Origin: Heteronotia binoei
Taxonomy: Eukaryota
Assembly: GCF_032191835.1 (NCBI RefSeq)
Contig: NC_083228.1
Span: 33,976,001 to 34,040,000, forward strand
Length of the DNA: 64,000 nucleotides
Direction: 5' to 3'
The translations under genes and the position numbers were made by a program. Positions 12,961 to 25,228 of the stretch are shown here, one piece after another. Every line of letters begins with the position of its first letter. Within the stretch, counting starts at the first letter, position 1. A model generated the notes under the pieces. That model searched no databases. It was not told where the DNA came from and saw only the letters and a program-made list of their open reading frames with translations.

Positions 12961-15309
12961 ACATACAGCAGATAAAACAGACTTCAGAACTGTGTTCTGT
13001 TCTATATATTGTTTTCAAAGAAAATGTCAGAAATTATCAGGAAAGTGAAAGTGGATTTCTGTTATGGAATTAACTATTACATCTTTTTGTCACATCTGGT
13101 GTGTAGTAGACTCCAGGTAGAGATACAAAGGTAGTCTACAAAACAGGAGAGTTATTCTTTGTAACCTTGTGATATGCTTTGGTCTGAACCATAGGTCTTC
13201 GAGTGGGGGAACATAATATTTGGTTGTGCTTTATAATTATTTAGGTTCCCTAGAAGTGTCTGTCTCTCTGTATTTGGCTGACCTTTTCCCTATTAGTTAT
13301 CCAATTTGTTGTTCACTTCCAATTCAGTTTCAAGCAAAAAAAATGTATTTAAGTTTATTATTCCATTTTAGATAGATTCTGTAGCCACAAGTAAATATCC
13401 AGTAAATAGGTTTCTATTAGCAAAGGTGGTGTGTAGTTGCAGCAAAGGTGGCTCTCCATATCCATCTATGTCACTCCAAGCTTGTGATGTGTAATTGCAG
13501 GTTTGTGTGCTGATTTCCTCTGACTGTAGCATTTATGTCACTTAGTTTGACTAAAGAATCCAGTGGTAATGAATCTCATGATTGTCCTGGGGTGCCTCAC
13601 CTTCTCCTCCCTCTCCATCACTTACTTAAAGATAGTGAGCAGCCAAGAGATCTCCATTGCTCGAGGTGTATGCTTATCAGGAATGCCAACACTTTTTAGA
13701 AAACGCCTTCCTCCCCAGTTCCCTTTCTTGATGTTGGGATCTCTGGGTAGAATCAAGGTATCCCTAATTCCCTGTATCTCAAATTTCTCCCAGTGCCTTA
13801 AGTCACCAGAGATGTATAAGTGTGTGTGAGTGTATCCAATCAGTTAGGCAGGTGAGCAAAACACAGCACCCCCTGCCACAAGGTCACCTTCCCCTCTTTT
13901 CTACCATTGTGCCCTCCAGATTGGAGCTTCTTAGGCTTCAGAACTGGGGAAGGTAGGACACCATGTGAGCACCACAGGCCATTCCTTTCCTCTGCCTCCC
14001 TTACCCACTTCCTCTCCTGTATACCAGGTCCAAGCGTCCCTCTTCAATCATATGCTGCCTGTCTCCTGTAGCTTCTCTTGTCTGCCTTAGGCAAACAGCC
14101 TGTCCCCTGACAACCTTACTTCTCTGATGGTCACAGACCAGGTAAGTATCCTGGCTCTGGGGTCTGGGGGGGGGGGCGGATTGAGTCCAGGCATGGAATC
14201 ACATCCAGATACACATTGTAATAATAAAAATACTTTTTATTAACTAGCATACATCATACAGAAAAGGCAAACACAGATAAAATGAAAAAGCATCAGTTCA
14301 CAAGGAGAGTTATTATGGAATCTGTGAAAAACCCTAAAAGAGAGAAGAGAGTAGATAAACGACTTGTTTTTAGTGCTATGTTATCTTGGCATTCTTCACC
14401 CAGAAACACGGCCATTAAACGGCAGGAACTTAGCAAAGTATGCTCTCTCTTATTCCCTCTTTCTTGGCATGCTTTGTCCAAATAGACTGTCCAGCTGGGA
14501 GGGTCTCTTTGGAATATTTAATTTGAGAGAGCTGCTCTCCAACTTCCATTAAACTGCATTACCCAATCTCACAATGTTTTTAGAGATTTAAGTTGAACAT
14601 TTGAAAACCTTAGCTTCTTCTGTTAGCTAGTCTCCTCTGTTCTTGCACATTCTTATCCATCTATGTCACTCTTTCGCTGCCTGAGTGCAACTTAAGGCTT
14701 TCATGAGGGTACTCACATAGGCTTGTGTAATTTTGTGAGGCATTTGGCTTCTTGTGTGTGAGAATGATATGCTGATTCAGCAGTTGTGGCTTCCTATCCT
14801 AAAACGTCCCTACACATAACAAAACTAGTGTCCCAAGGGTGTGGTTTTTACCATGCTCTGGCAACCAAGATGTTACAGCTTTGGTGATCCAGAAACTAAA
14901 TAAGTTTTCTTGAAGGATGCCACAGCATGTATGTTTTGTTCTAGCTTTATAAAACTGATGTCAGTAACTGGAAAAACTACACACAGAATGCCCAGAGTTC
15001 ATTAACTAAGAGGGGAAGGTGGAACTAGGGTTAGATTTGAAAGCTTTTACTAACTGTCTGGGGTCAATGACTTCTCCAGCTTACCTGACTTCTTCAACAG
15101 TTAGTGGTGTTACTGTGGTAAGTTATAGATAGCAAGTGCTTCCTTCCTGTTACAGCACCTCAAGCAGTGTTCAGTAGTGATAAGGTACATTGAAAGAGGT
15201 GAAGGTGGGAGAGAAGTTTTTTCCACCTTCTGTTGCCCCTTGCTCACTGCTGTTGCCACTGCTGCTGTGGTATGAGCAGTATTGACGAAGACTCAGCATG
15301 AGTTCTGTA

Positions 15310-17545
15310 AGGGAAGATCTTGTCTCACTAACCTGCTAAGAGTTCTTTGAGAGGGTAAACAAACATGTGCACAAAGGGGACCCAATAGATGTTGTTTACC
15401 TTGACTTCAAGAAAGCTTTTGATAAAGTTCCTCATCAAGGGCTTCTAAGTAACCTCAAGAGTCATGGGGTAAAAGGACAAGTCCTCTTGTGGATCAAAAA
15501 CTGGCTAAAAAGGGGCAATTTTTGCAGTAGAGGGTGGTAAGCAGTGGGATGCTGCAGGGTTCAGTACTGGATCCAATGCTTTTTAACTTGTTCATTAATG
15601 ATTTGGAGTTGGGAGAAAGTAGTGAAGTGGCTAAGTTTGCAGATGACACTAAATTGTTCAGGGTAGTAAGAACCAGAGAGGATTGTGAGGCACTCCAAAG
15701 AGATCTGTTGAGGCTGGGCACTTGAGTGTCAACTTGGAAAATGAGGTTCAATGTGGCCAAGTTAAAAGTAATGCACATTGGGGCCTAAAATCCTAACTAT
15801 AAATACAAGTTGATTGGATGTGAACTGGCGGACACTGACCGACAGAGAGATCTTGGGGTCATGGTAGATATCTCACTGAAAATGTCAAGAGTGTGTGACT
15901 GCAATAAAAAAGGCCAACACACTATGCTGGGAATTATTAGGAAGGAAATTGAAACAAATCAGCCAGTATCATAATGGTGCTGTACAATGGTACGACTTCA
16001 TTTGGAGTACTGGGTACAATTCTGGTCACCACATCTTAAGAAAGATATTATAGCATTGGAAAAAATGCAGAAAAGGGCAACTAGAATGATTAAAGGGTTG
16101 GAACATTTTCTCTATGAAGAAAGGTTTAAACGCTTGGGACTCTTTAGCCTGGGGAAATGTGGACTGAGAGGTGACATGACAGAGGTTTACAACATTATGC
16201 ATAGGATAAAGATGGGTTGCCAAGTCCAATTCAAGAAATATCTGGGGACTTCGGGGGTGGAGCCAGGAGACATCGGGGCGGAGCCAGGAACAAGGGTGTG
16301 ACAAGCATAATTGAACTCCAAGGGAGTTCTGGCCATCACATTTAAAGGAACCGCACACCTTTTTAAATGTCTTCCTTCCATAAGAAATAATGAAGGATAG
16401 GGGCACCTTCTTTTGGGGATCATAGAATTGGACCCCCTGGTCCAATCGTTTTGAAAATTAGGGGATACTTTGGGGAGAGTCACTAGATACTATACTGAAA
16501 ATTTGGTGCCTCTACCTCAAAAAACAGCTCCCCCAGAGCCCCTGAAACCTCCAGATCAATTCCCCATTATACCCTATGAGAATCAATCTCCACATAGAGA
16601 ATAATGCTCAGCAGACGTGTGTCCCCCCCCCACCATTTCTGGCAACTCTGAAGGGGATGGGCCTTTCTACTCACGAGTTGCTGCCAACTTCTTCAAAGTA
16701 ACACAGACACACCATCCCAAGAGGAAGCCTTTCAATCAGTGACTGAAGCCTCCGGAGGTAGAAACGCACATGGTCCTTCGGGGGCGGAGCTCCGTCCCCT
16801 GCTGGCCAGACTCCCCGAGGAGACGCCACCCGGCAGCCGGAGAGGATGCAAGGACTACAAGTCCCAGCATGCACCTCATGAAGGGAGGCCAGACTGGAGC
16901 GAATAGCAGGCCGGCGGTGGGCAGGACTTTGTGACCCGGAGGAAGGGAGAAGCCTGAAGCCAGGCAGGGAAAGAGACCCGGCGCCGTTCCACCCCCCCCC
17001 CCCCCACACCCACACCCCCGCTATCAGATTTTTAGAGAGCGGGGGATTAGGCTGCTTATTTAGGGGTCCCCCGGCAGGGGGGTGGGGGGCTGGGAAGCCT
17101 AGATAAAGAAGGTAGAGAAAGAAGTATTTTTCTCTCTTTCTCGCAATACTAGAACTCATGGACTCTCAATGAAATTGCTGAGCAGTAGGGTTAGAAAGGA
17201 TAGAAGGAAGTACTTATTCACCCAAAGGGTGATTAACACATGGAATTCAATGCCACAGGAAGTGGTGGCAGCTACAAGCATAGCTTCAAGGGGGATTGGG
17301 TAAACATATGGAGCAGAGGTCCATCAGTGGCTATTAGCCACAGGGTATTGATGGAACTCTCTGTCTGGGGAAGTAATGTTATGTATTCTTGGTGCTTGGG
17401 GGGCAACAGTAGGAGGGCTTCTAGTGTCCTGCCCCCACAGATTGACCTCCTGATAGCACCTGGGGTTTTTTTAGCCACTGCTTGACACACAGTGTTGTAC
17501 TGGATGGGCCATTGTCCTGATCCAACATGGCTTCTCTTATGTTTA
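15310..17545 (+). mobile_element. 5'-truncated CR1 LINE (RT C-terminal half plus 3' UTR), interrupted by a MITE at 16213-17101
   Basis: VYLDFKKAFDKVPH, QGSVLDPMLFNLFINDL, KFADDTKL, VRLHLEYWVQFWSPHLKKD; 3' tail GATCCAACATGGCTTCTCTTATGTT. Confidence 0.92.
16213..17101. mobile_element. hAT-type non-autonomous element inserted in CR1
   Basis: Termini TGGGTTGCC/GGGAAGCCTA with a perfect 8-bp TSD GATAAAGA; ~570 bp shared with 19195-19873. Confidence 0.9.
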
Positions 17546-19033
17546 GTGTCTACAGCCAGGTATATGGATTGTAGGGAAGGTGGAGGAGTTCTACAATTTT
17601 GCGTATTTAATCAAAACCAAAAGTGAAGTGATAGTTTCAAAGTTTTGTATTTCAAGTCTTAGAAACTGGTCCTTCAGTAGCATTGCTGTTATAATTTATA
17701 GTTGCTGAAAAAATGGAAATAGCTTTTCGGTTTCTTGAGTTGTCAATTCATTGAATGTCATGAGTATTGCCAACTAGCATTTACTGTTATTATGTTATCA
17801 TTTTTCTAGTGACCATTTTAATTTTTATGGAACATAATTTAAAGAAAATCCATCTGTGCCCACAAAAGCTAATGATCTGTAAATAAAGTACAGCTGAATT
17901 TTCTTTATAATATTCATTAAAACAAAAGATACTACGTTTTATCTTGAAGGTTCCTGTAGGAATTAAAACTTCTGAAACAGTTGTAGATAAAGGATTAGTC
18001 TATTTTCATAGGAAGGACTATAGGGCAATAAACAGATACAACTGTGACTATATCGATGCTGAATTCCATGGAAATCTACGCAAGCTTTATGCATCCCCTA
18101 GATATTCCCTTTCTGTAGATGACAAAGTGCTCAGTAGCCTAGCAGAGTGGAAAGCCCAGACACTTGTCATCTTCTGGATCATTACAAATCTGTTCAGCAG
18201 CAAACTGTTCTGCTGAAGTCTTGACATCAGCAAGCAGTGAGGAAGATCTAATACGGTGTAGCTGAAGGGTGTTGATTTGGATGTGGATAACCCAGATCCT
18301 ACTTCTTGCTTGACTGCAAAACTGAATTTAGGTTTGAGCAAGTCATCATTCACCTTGGGAATAAAATAATTCCATACTTCCATAACTCGTTGGAGGAAGG
18401 ATAGGATGCAAATATGAAATATAAAATAAAATACCAAAGGACAGACATGATATTTCTTGTGAAAGAAAAAAATGAGAAGCAAATGAATATTTCCCACACT
18501 GATGCACCAGTAGCAGAAGGTGACAGCTGTGCTTTCAAAAATTTCTCTCTCATTCCTAAACCTCATTTCTATACAGGTGGTATGTTTCCCCCACTACTAC
18601 TTACTGACTTGTAAAATCTAATTCAAAAAGCCTGGATTTTTTGAGTGTGCAGTGCCTCTTGTATGAAATGTAATCAATTCATGTCTAAAGGCTGTAACAG
18701 CAGTTATGCATGTATATATTTCTGAAGACTGTTCAAACAGATGCACTTAATTCTCCAAGGTATATGAGAAGTGAAGCTGTGAAATGCTGACTATATAGGT
18801 GTAATATGTACTGAATTCCTTTGCTAGTATAAACAGTATCCAGGAGACAGGTTTGTGAGGGTTGAAATTAAAGATTTTCTTCCTTTCACACTTATGATTT
18901 AATTAAGAGAATGACTGTCATCTACCTTTAGCCACATATAAAGATTTTAGGACTGTGACCCTGCCTCACAATAGCAGCCAGTATGAATTCAGGCATTTAC
19001 CTTATGAGCCTTCCCTTCTCTCATGTCTGTCCC

Positions 19034-19934
19034 TAGGGTTGGCAACACTGGGTTGGGAAATTACTGGAGATTTGAAGGTGGAGCTCCGGGGGTTAGGGTT
19101 TGAGGGGAGGGACCTCTGTGGAATATAATACCATAGAGTCCACCCTCCAAAGCAGCCATTTTCTCCAGGAAAAGTTATCTGTGTAGTCTGAAGATAGGGT
19201 TGCAAGGTTCAATTCAAGAAATATCTGGGGATTTGGGGATGGAGCCAGGAGACATTGGGGGCAGAGCCAGGAACAAGGGTGTGACAAGCATAATTGAACT
19301 CTAAGGGAGTTCTGGCTATCACATGTAAAGGGACAGCACACCTTTTTAAATGTCTTCCTTCCATAGGAAATAATGAAGGATAAGGACACCTTCTTTTGGG
19401 GCTCATAGAATTGGACCCCCTGGTCCAATCATTTTGAAACTTGGAGGGGTACTTTGGTGAGAGGCACTAGATACTATACTGAAAATTTGGTGCCTCTACC
19501 TCAAAAAACAGCTCTCCCAGAGCCCCCGAAACCTCCAGATCAATTCCTCATTATACCCTATGAGAATTGAACTCCACATAGGAAATAATGAAGTGCTCAG
19601 CAGATGTTTCCCCCCTGCCCCCCCCCCATTTCTGGCGACTCTGAAGCAAGGGATTGGCCTCTCTACTCACGAGTTGCTGCCAACCTCTTCAAAGTAACAC
19701 AGACACACCATCCCAAGAGGAAGCCTCTCAATCAGAGACTGAAGCCTCCGGAGGTGGAAAGGCACATGGTCCTCTGTGAGCAGGGCTTCCCTCCACCGGC
19801 CAGCTGACTGGGGGCGGGAAGGAACCTGGGAAAGCAGAGGACCCTCGCTGGGACCTGGGGATTGGCAAGCCTATCTGAAGATCAGTTGTAATTCTGGGAG
19901 ATCTCCAAGTTCTCCCTAGAGGTTGGTAGCCTTA
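19034..19934. mobile_element. TAGGGTTG-type MITE hosting a nested insertion
   Basis: TAGGGTTGGCAAC...GGTAGCCTTA termini; body split at 19195-19873. Confidence 0.75.
19195..19873. mobile_element. hAT-type non-autonomous element (same family as 16213-17101)
   Basis: TAGGGTTGC/GGCAAGCCTA termini with a perfect 8-bp TSD TCTGAAGA. Confidence 0.9.
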
Positions 19935-20554
19935 TCTAAAACAACAGCATTATTAGACATTTGAGTTTTGAGATTTATCAGGCACACCGAAGCAATAACC
20001 TTTTAGGTAAATAAGTTTTTTTCTGGTGGTGATATTAATGGCCTAGTAGTCAAGCATGGGTGATAAATTCTCCTCTGTAGTGCATGTTGTGGTATTATAA
20101 TCTCTGATGTGGACAAATCCAGGAGATGAATTATTACAATATCACAATTTCCAACAATTTATGAATCTACTTTATGATTAAATCTACACTGTAGGATACT
20201 GAGCTATCCTAATAATTCATCTCCTGGATATTCCTGTGTGAACAGTGAAATAAGTGAATAGTATGATAGCAGTGATGTGTGGAGCCAGCCTGGGTTGCAT
20301 CCATGGGGATTATTAGAGCCTAAACACATCATTAGTGAGATATAACAGTAACCCAAAAGGCTGTGTGTGTGACTGATGTTTTTACCATAAGATGCTTTGA
20401 TATAAACATTGGACCCCATAAGGTAGCCCACATGGGCTTAGGTCTGAGGTCTGACAGAATCTGGGGTTCAGTTTTTTGAAGGCAGCTAGACGGCCTGGTA
20501 AAACGGTGTGAAAATCCATAGCCTCCATTAATCTGTTTGATATTGATCACATCC

Positions 20555-20648
20555 TTTGAATGGGTTTAAAATTTTGCAGTGGATTTATCTCAGTATATAC
20601 TTTTGAATGAGTTTAAAATTTTGCAGTGGGTTTATCTCAGTATTTACT
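20555..20648 (+). repeat. Tandem duplication, 47-bp unit x2
   Basis: TTTGAATG(G/A)GTTTAAAATTTTGCAGTGG(A/G)TTTATCTCAGTAT repeated. Confidence 0.9.
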
Positions 20649-21232
20649 TTCGTGCAGGAGCCAAATCCTTTAATACTTTTGCTGTTGGCTGTTCACAAGG
20701 CTTTTTCATGTGTATTCATAAATATCAGGCTACAAATAGTGCCCACATAGTCCCAGATCTCTGCAGGTATTGCAGTGCATATACGTAGACATTTAGAGAA
20801 GACTGCTGTCCTAAGAAGATTTACCTGGGAATAGAACCCATTTTTAATAATCATGTATTTTGAATATGTTTGGTTTACTGTGGTGCTGACATGGGGAGGG
20901 GAATTCTGTAGCAGTTGCTCCATCCACTGAAGTGAATGGAGAACTTAGTACTTGTGGGAACAACTGTGTTCACATGTCCAAAAACTACTGCATCTGAATG
21001 AATGATTGCATAATAATCTGTCATTGCCTCTGGAATGCTGCACATTCAATGTGCACAAAACTATTTCCAAGCATCTTCTCTTGCATTGCTGTGAATATCT
21101 AGATATATTCAAACATCTACTTTTATTATCGTGTGTCTTCGAAACTTTCGCTCTAAACCACAACAAAAATCTTACTTACTTTCTTTCATTATTCTGCTCT
21201 GCTTCCATTGATGACTCTTAACTTCCCTCCAG

Positions 21233-21247
21233 ACTGGCAATATGAGG
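21233..21247 (+). CDS. PCDH15: PCDH15 15-nt alternative micro-exon (phase 1-1), encodes (D)WQYE
   Basis: CTTAACTTCCCTCCAG|ACTGGCAATATGAGG|GTAAGA. Splices in frame to the next exon to give DWQYEDCKLAR, the known N-terminal sequence of the PCDH15 long variant. Confidence 0.92.
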
Positions 21248-22022
21248 GTAAGACTGCAACTTCCTGAAAATTGCTTGTCTGTTTTTTTCCCCAGTTTTAT
21301 TCTGTTTAGAACTTTATTAAAATTCTGTTCATTGTCTCTAATTAGACTTGTGTTGCAATTAAATTTCAATTATGTTTGTTTCTGTTGTGAAGCTTTAATT
21401 ACGATTTATTCCTTTTAATCATTCTTTTATGTTGTTGTTTTGGGTTGAATTACCATCACATTATTCCTGTCCTGAAGGACTCTTGTTCCATAGTCATCTC
21501 TGTTTAGTGCAAGACATGATTAAAGAAGAGCACGTGAAGTGTATTGTGTTGTGATGTGGCAAAGGCTTGATGTTTGGGTAGTAGACCCTAGTAAAACAAC
21601 ACTCAGTCAGAGACTGGTAACTAACATGTGTTGTTGTTAAAACCAACTGCCAAGCCCCTTGCTGAGGAAAACACAGTATAACCTATTTCAGATGTTATGT
21701 TTGAGAGTATCCATCTGCACGTAATGGGAACAAACATGACCTAAGGTCTTTCTGGAATGTACAGTCTTCATTTCAGCTAGATGGGACATCAGCATGTGGC
21801 GCCCAATTCATATATAATGATGACCATAGGTATCAGGAGGATTTCAGGTAGCACTTGTTCCCACTGCATTGGACATTCACAAACATAATGTGTGAAAAGG
21901 TTTATTTGCTTAAGTAAGCACTAGGTAAGTACTTAAGAACTTGGTGATACCCATTGCAAATACAGTAGCTTTGTTTGCCTTTGTTTAAAAATACAAGAGC
22001 ACAATTACTCTTACTGATAGCT

Positions 22023-22139
22023 AGGGCTTTTTTTTAGCAGGAATGCACAGGAATGCAATTTTGGCCAGTTTGGCATCAGGGGGTGTGACCTAATATGCAA
22101 ATGAGTTCCTACAGGGCTTTTTCTACAAGAAAAACCCTG
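22023..22139. mobile_element. hAT-type MITE, octamer-bearing family
   Basis: AGGGCTTTTT...CCCTG termini; contains TAATATGCAAATGAG. Confidence 0.8.
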
Positions 22140-22425
22140 CTGAGGGCATATTTTCAGAACTAGTGCAGTTTGCAATACAAATTCCTAGCTCCTAGTCTTG
22201 TACTAAAACTCAGATTATAATCTGAGCTCAAATACTTTTTAAATTCAGACTTCATGCCTGTATTTCTTACACCATTGCAGCAAATTCTCCCTGATACCTT
22301 CCCCATCCCACCCAAGTGTTGTTATTTTGTAAAAGAAGAGAAGTAACCAGCAATGGAAAAGTCTCAGTGGAGTCATGTGAGACCTTATTTTTAACTGGCC
22401 TTAGCAATGGTCATAAACATTATTT

Positions 22426-22711
22426 CTTGTAGTTTCCTGTGTCTCACAATTTAGTGATTAAGACCAGGTGGCAAAGTATAGAAATCCTATGAACCTCAGC
22501 AGGAGAGTATATTTTAGTGTTCATGGTGTCATACTAGCATCTGGGATCCCTGGACTTGTATGCTAGTATGACACTATGAACACTAAAAATATAATCTCCT
22601 GCTGTGGTTCATAGGATTTCTAGTTTTCTCTGCCACCTGGTTTTCTAGTTTTCTGCCACCTGGTTTTCTAGTTTTCTCTGCCCTAAGTTGAGAGTCACAG
22701 GAAACTACAAA
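22426..22711. repeat. Long imperfect inverted repeat (fold-back MITE-like) with internal 23/25-bp tandem duplications in the right arm
   Basis: 22464-22540 pairs with 22560-22640 around a 19-nt loop; outer arms 22426-22454 and 22683-22711 also pair. Confidence 0.9.
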
Positions 22712-23101
22712 GGTCATTCTACCTTAGTGGGTTATAAATTAAAAATGGGAGGGGGTGTATCCTGAGTATGCCTAGGAGACTTTGGGTCCCTTAAAAATGA
22801 GAAGGCCCCAGTTGCCTCTAGGGAGCCTTCTTGTACCAACCATACTTGCCCTTCATCAGTTCAAAGGATGTTCTTTGTCTCTGAAGGGAGGAGGGTTGGG
22901 AAATAGGGCTGGAAGTACAACATCCACACAAAAAAATTTCTTAAACTTTTGGGAAGGTAGGGAGGACCAAGAAGTTTTCAATAATCCTTTAGAAAGCTCA
23001 GAAAAGCTGAATTCATTCTGAGACAAGGAAAGCTTGCCCATCACTAAGTATATTATGAAATGCTGTGGAATTTCAAGTAACTTGTATTTTCATGTTTGTA
23101 G

Positions 23102-23167
23102 ACTGCAAGTTGGCCAGAGCAGGTCCTCCAGCAACCATAGTTCCAATTGATGAAGAAAGTCGAAATG
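23102..23167 (+). CDS. PCDH15: PCDH15 66-nt coding exon (start of EC1): [23 protein letters not shown]
   Basis: TTTCATGTTTGTAG|ACTGC...CGAAATG|GTGAGT. The peptide is nearly identical to the recalled mammalian PCDH15 [23 protein letters not shown], with phase 1-1 boundaries. Confidence 0.96.
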
Positions 23168-23384
23168 GTGAGTGTGATGAACTGCTAATGAAATTATTTG
23201 CTTTGTTTCTTAGTCTACAGTGAACACTGCTAAAGATCAACATTATTGGGTTCAAACATTTTAGATCAATAATGCTTTATAATCTTGGTGCATTCAGTGG
23301 GTTGCTAAGTCTTAGGAGCTGACCAGAAATATCAAGTTTTTAGGCATTAGGTGAAGGAGAGAACTGGGGATGTGGAATAGTATA

Positions 23385-23535
23385 GTATAGCCCGATCTCG
23401 TCAGATCTCATAAGCTAAGCAAACTCAGTACTTGGATGGGAGACCACTAAGGAAGACTTTGTAGAACAAAGTAATGGCAAACCACCTCTGCTTAACAACT
23501 TGCCTTGATCACCGTAAATCAGCTGCAATGTTATG
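23385..23535 (+). mobile_element. 5S rRNA-derived SINE (SINE3-type) with BovB/Sauria-like tail
   Basis: GCCCGATCTCGTCAGATCTC..AAGCTAAGCA and AGTACTTGGATGGGAGACC match 5S rRNA box A/C regions, followed by AATGGCAAACCACCTCTG. Confidence 0.8.
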
Positions 23536-24809
23536 GCAGAACAACAGAGAAAATGGAGGGGCCGGATATTTTCTCCTTGTCATGTCATGTTTTGCCTTTG
23601 ATCTGTGTCCTAGCCAACAGAAGCTTGTGGGATCCACACTGAAATATTAGTCACCTCTAGGTTAATAGGTATGACCAGTCAGGTGTCATTCCCTTCCCCA
23701 ACCAAGTATCTGAAGGCTCCACTCCATTCTATCAGGCCCATCCCCTGATTTGTTAGGTACCCTTCACCTTCAGGACCTGTTCCCTGTGTCTGAGTGACAT
23801 GGTAGCCTTGTGTTGGAAGCTCTGTATACAGACTTCCATTTTAGTCTGTCCTCTTATGTGTATTCATTGATTGGCTATCTGGCCTTTGTGGTGGCATGAG
23901 GAACTGATAAACTATGAAGCAGTACTCATTTTGTATCAAAGCAGACTTTGTGGATTAAAATGGTTCGGCCAAACTATGTGAGTCCTTACAGCTCGGAGAG
24001 CTGCAAATATAATCTCATTTTGCCTTAAGGATATTATGATCCAGTTCTGTGCAATGGCTTTAATCTTTACAATACGAGCTGCTGTTAAAACCTCTGCCAG
24101 GGTGGCCTTTAATATCATGCCTTTCTTCCTGTGTCAACCCCCCTTGTGCTGTTGTCCAATAAAGTCCTGAAAGGCTGGATTAGAAGGAGATGGAATTGCA
24201 CTGATAGCTTTGCTCGATTCACAGCAGCAGCAGAAGCAAGCTGCTTTGGCAAGCCTAGCCTGAGGGCCTGACTTCCAGTTCTCATTCTCTCTGTCTCAGG
24301 CACACACACACTAGCACCGTTGTGCTGTGAAATTAGGCAAAGTAAGTAGCAGAACTATGTTGATAGCGCTTCACTAAACAGCATCATTATACTTGCAAAC
24401 TGTAACTAATTCACTGTTGTCGTTTTCTTGAACCATGCTGACATGCAGTCAGTTTGATAATTTCATCTGCCATCTCCTGGAATGCTGTCTGCCAGGAGCA
24501 TCTTCTGTTTGATAAACTCAGATACATTAAAACTGAGTAAAGTTGTTTGCATAGTTTGCCAGTGTTGTGCTTGACTTGGTACTGAAAAAGCAATCATTGT
24601 GTGCAATGCTTTCCTTTTTTTAACTTTAATATCTTGCTGATATGGTTTTTATGCAGGCAGGTAAAAAAAGTGCTGTGTCATCAATGGCGCTGCTTTTAAC
24701 TGAAACCCACTTATTTCATTTAAAGAAAATATGATGAACACTGACACTTTCTTTTGAGCGTGCTGGAGGGGGGAAACTGGAAATGTGCTTGCTTTTCTCA
24801 TTTGAGAGC

Positions 24810-25110
24810 CTTCTGTTTCAATACTTGTAAAGTACTGGGTTCGGAGATGTTCAACAGCAATCATACTGTATTAACATCCACACAACAAGGCAACATAGTG
24901 GGGCTGGGTCCCCACTTATATGCATGCACCCGGAACAACCCCCTTCCCAGTCCAGTCCAATCCTGAACAGTTGAAGTTCGCGCCACAGTTCTTAATAGGT
25001 GGTCAGTTAAGTCCTTCCCTAGTCAGGTGATCCACGGTCTCCTGCGGTTCACCTGTGCATGCTAGGTACACTGTGTTGGAAATTCAGGGACTAAAATGCA
25101 GTACACAACA
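24810..25110 (-). mobile_element. Short LTR-like dispersed repeat, copy 1
   Basis: Shares CCCCACTTATATGC, GTCCAATCCTG and GTGTTGGAAATTCAGGGAC with 29503-29755; minus-strand TATAAG. Confidence 0.5.
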
Positions 25111-25228
25111 ATACTCATGTGGAACACAGTTTTAAAAGTTCTAAAGCTCCCCAGAAATAATCCATATCAACTCAGGTTGATTTACTCATAGAATCTTTCC
25201 TAGATTTTCAGATTGCAGATGGGAAATC

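Noticed and set aside
16671-17159. 162-aa minus-strand ORF
   Set aside because: Lies within a GC-rich MITE and crosses its boundary; low complexity.
18087-18350. Minus-strand ~88-codon open frame after an acceptor-like AG (VNDDLLKPKF...YLGDA*)
   Set aside because: No recognisable domain, antisense to PCDH15, and no partner exons found; consistent with a chance ORF.
1-21232. PCDH15 signal-peptide (ATG) exon
   Set aside because: No match to the expected ...QYDD(G)|GT exon was found by eye; probably upstream of the window.
23390-23457. Functional 5S rRNA gene
   Set aside because: Partial and internally deleted, and fused to a SINE tail.
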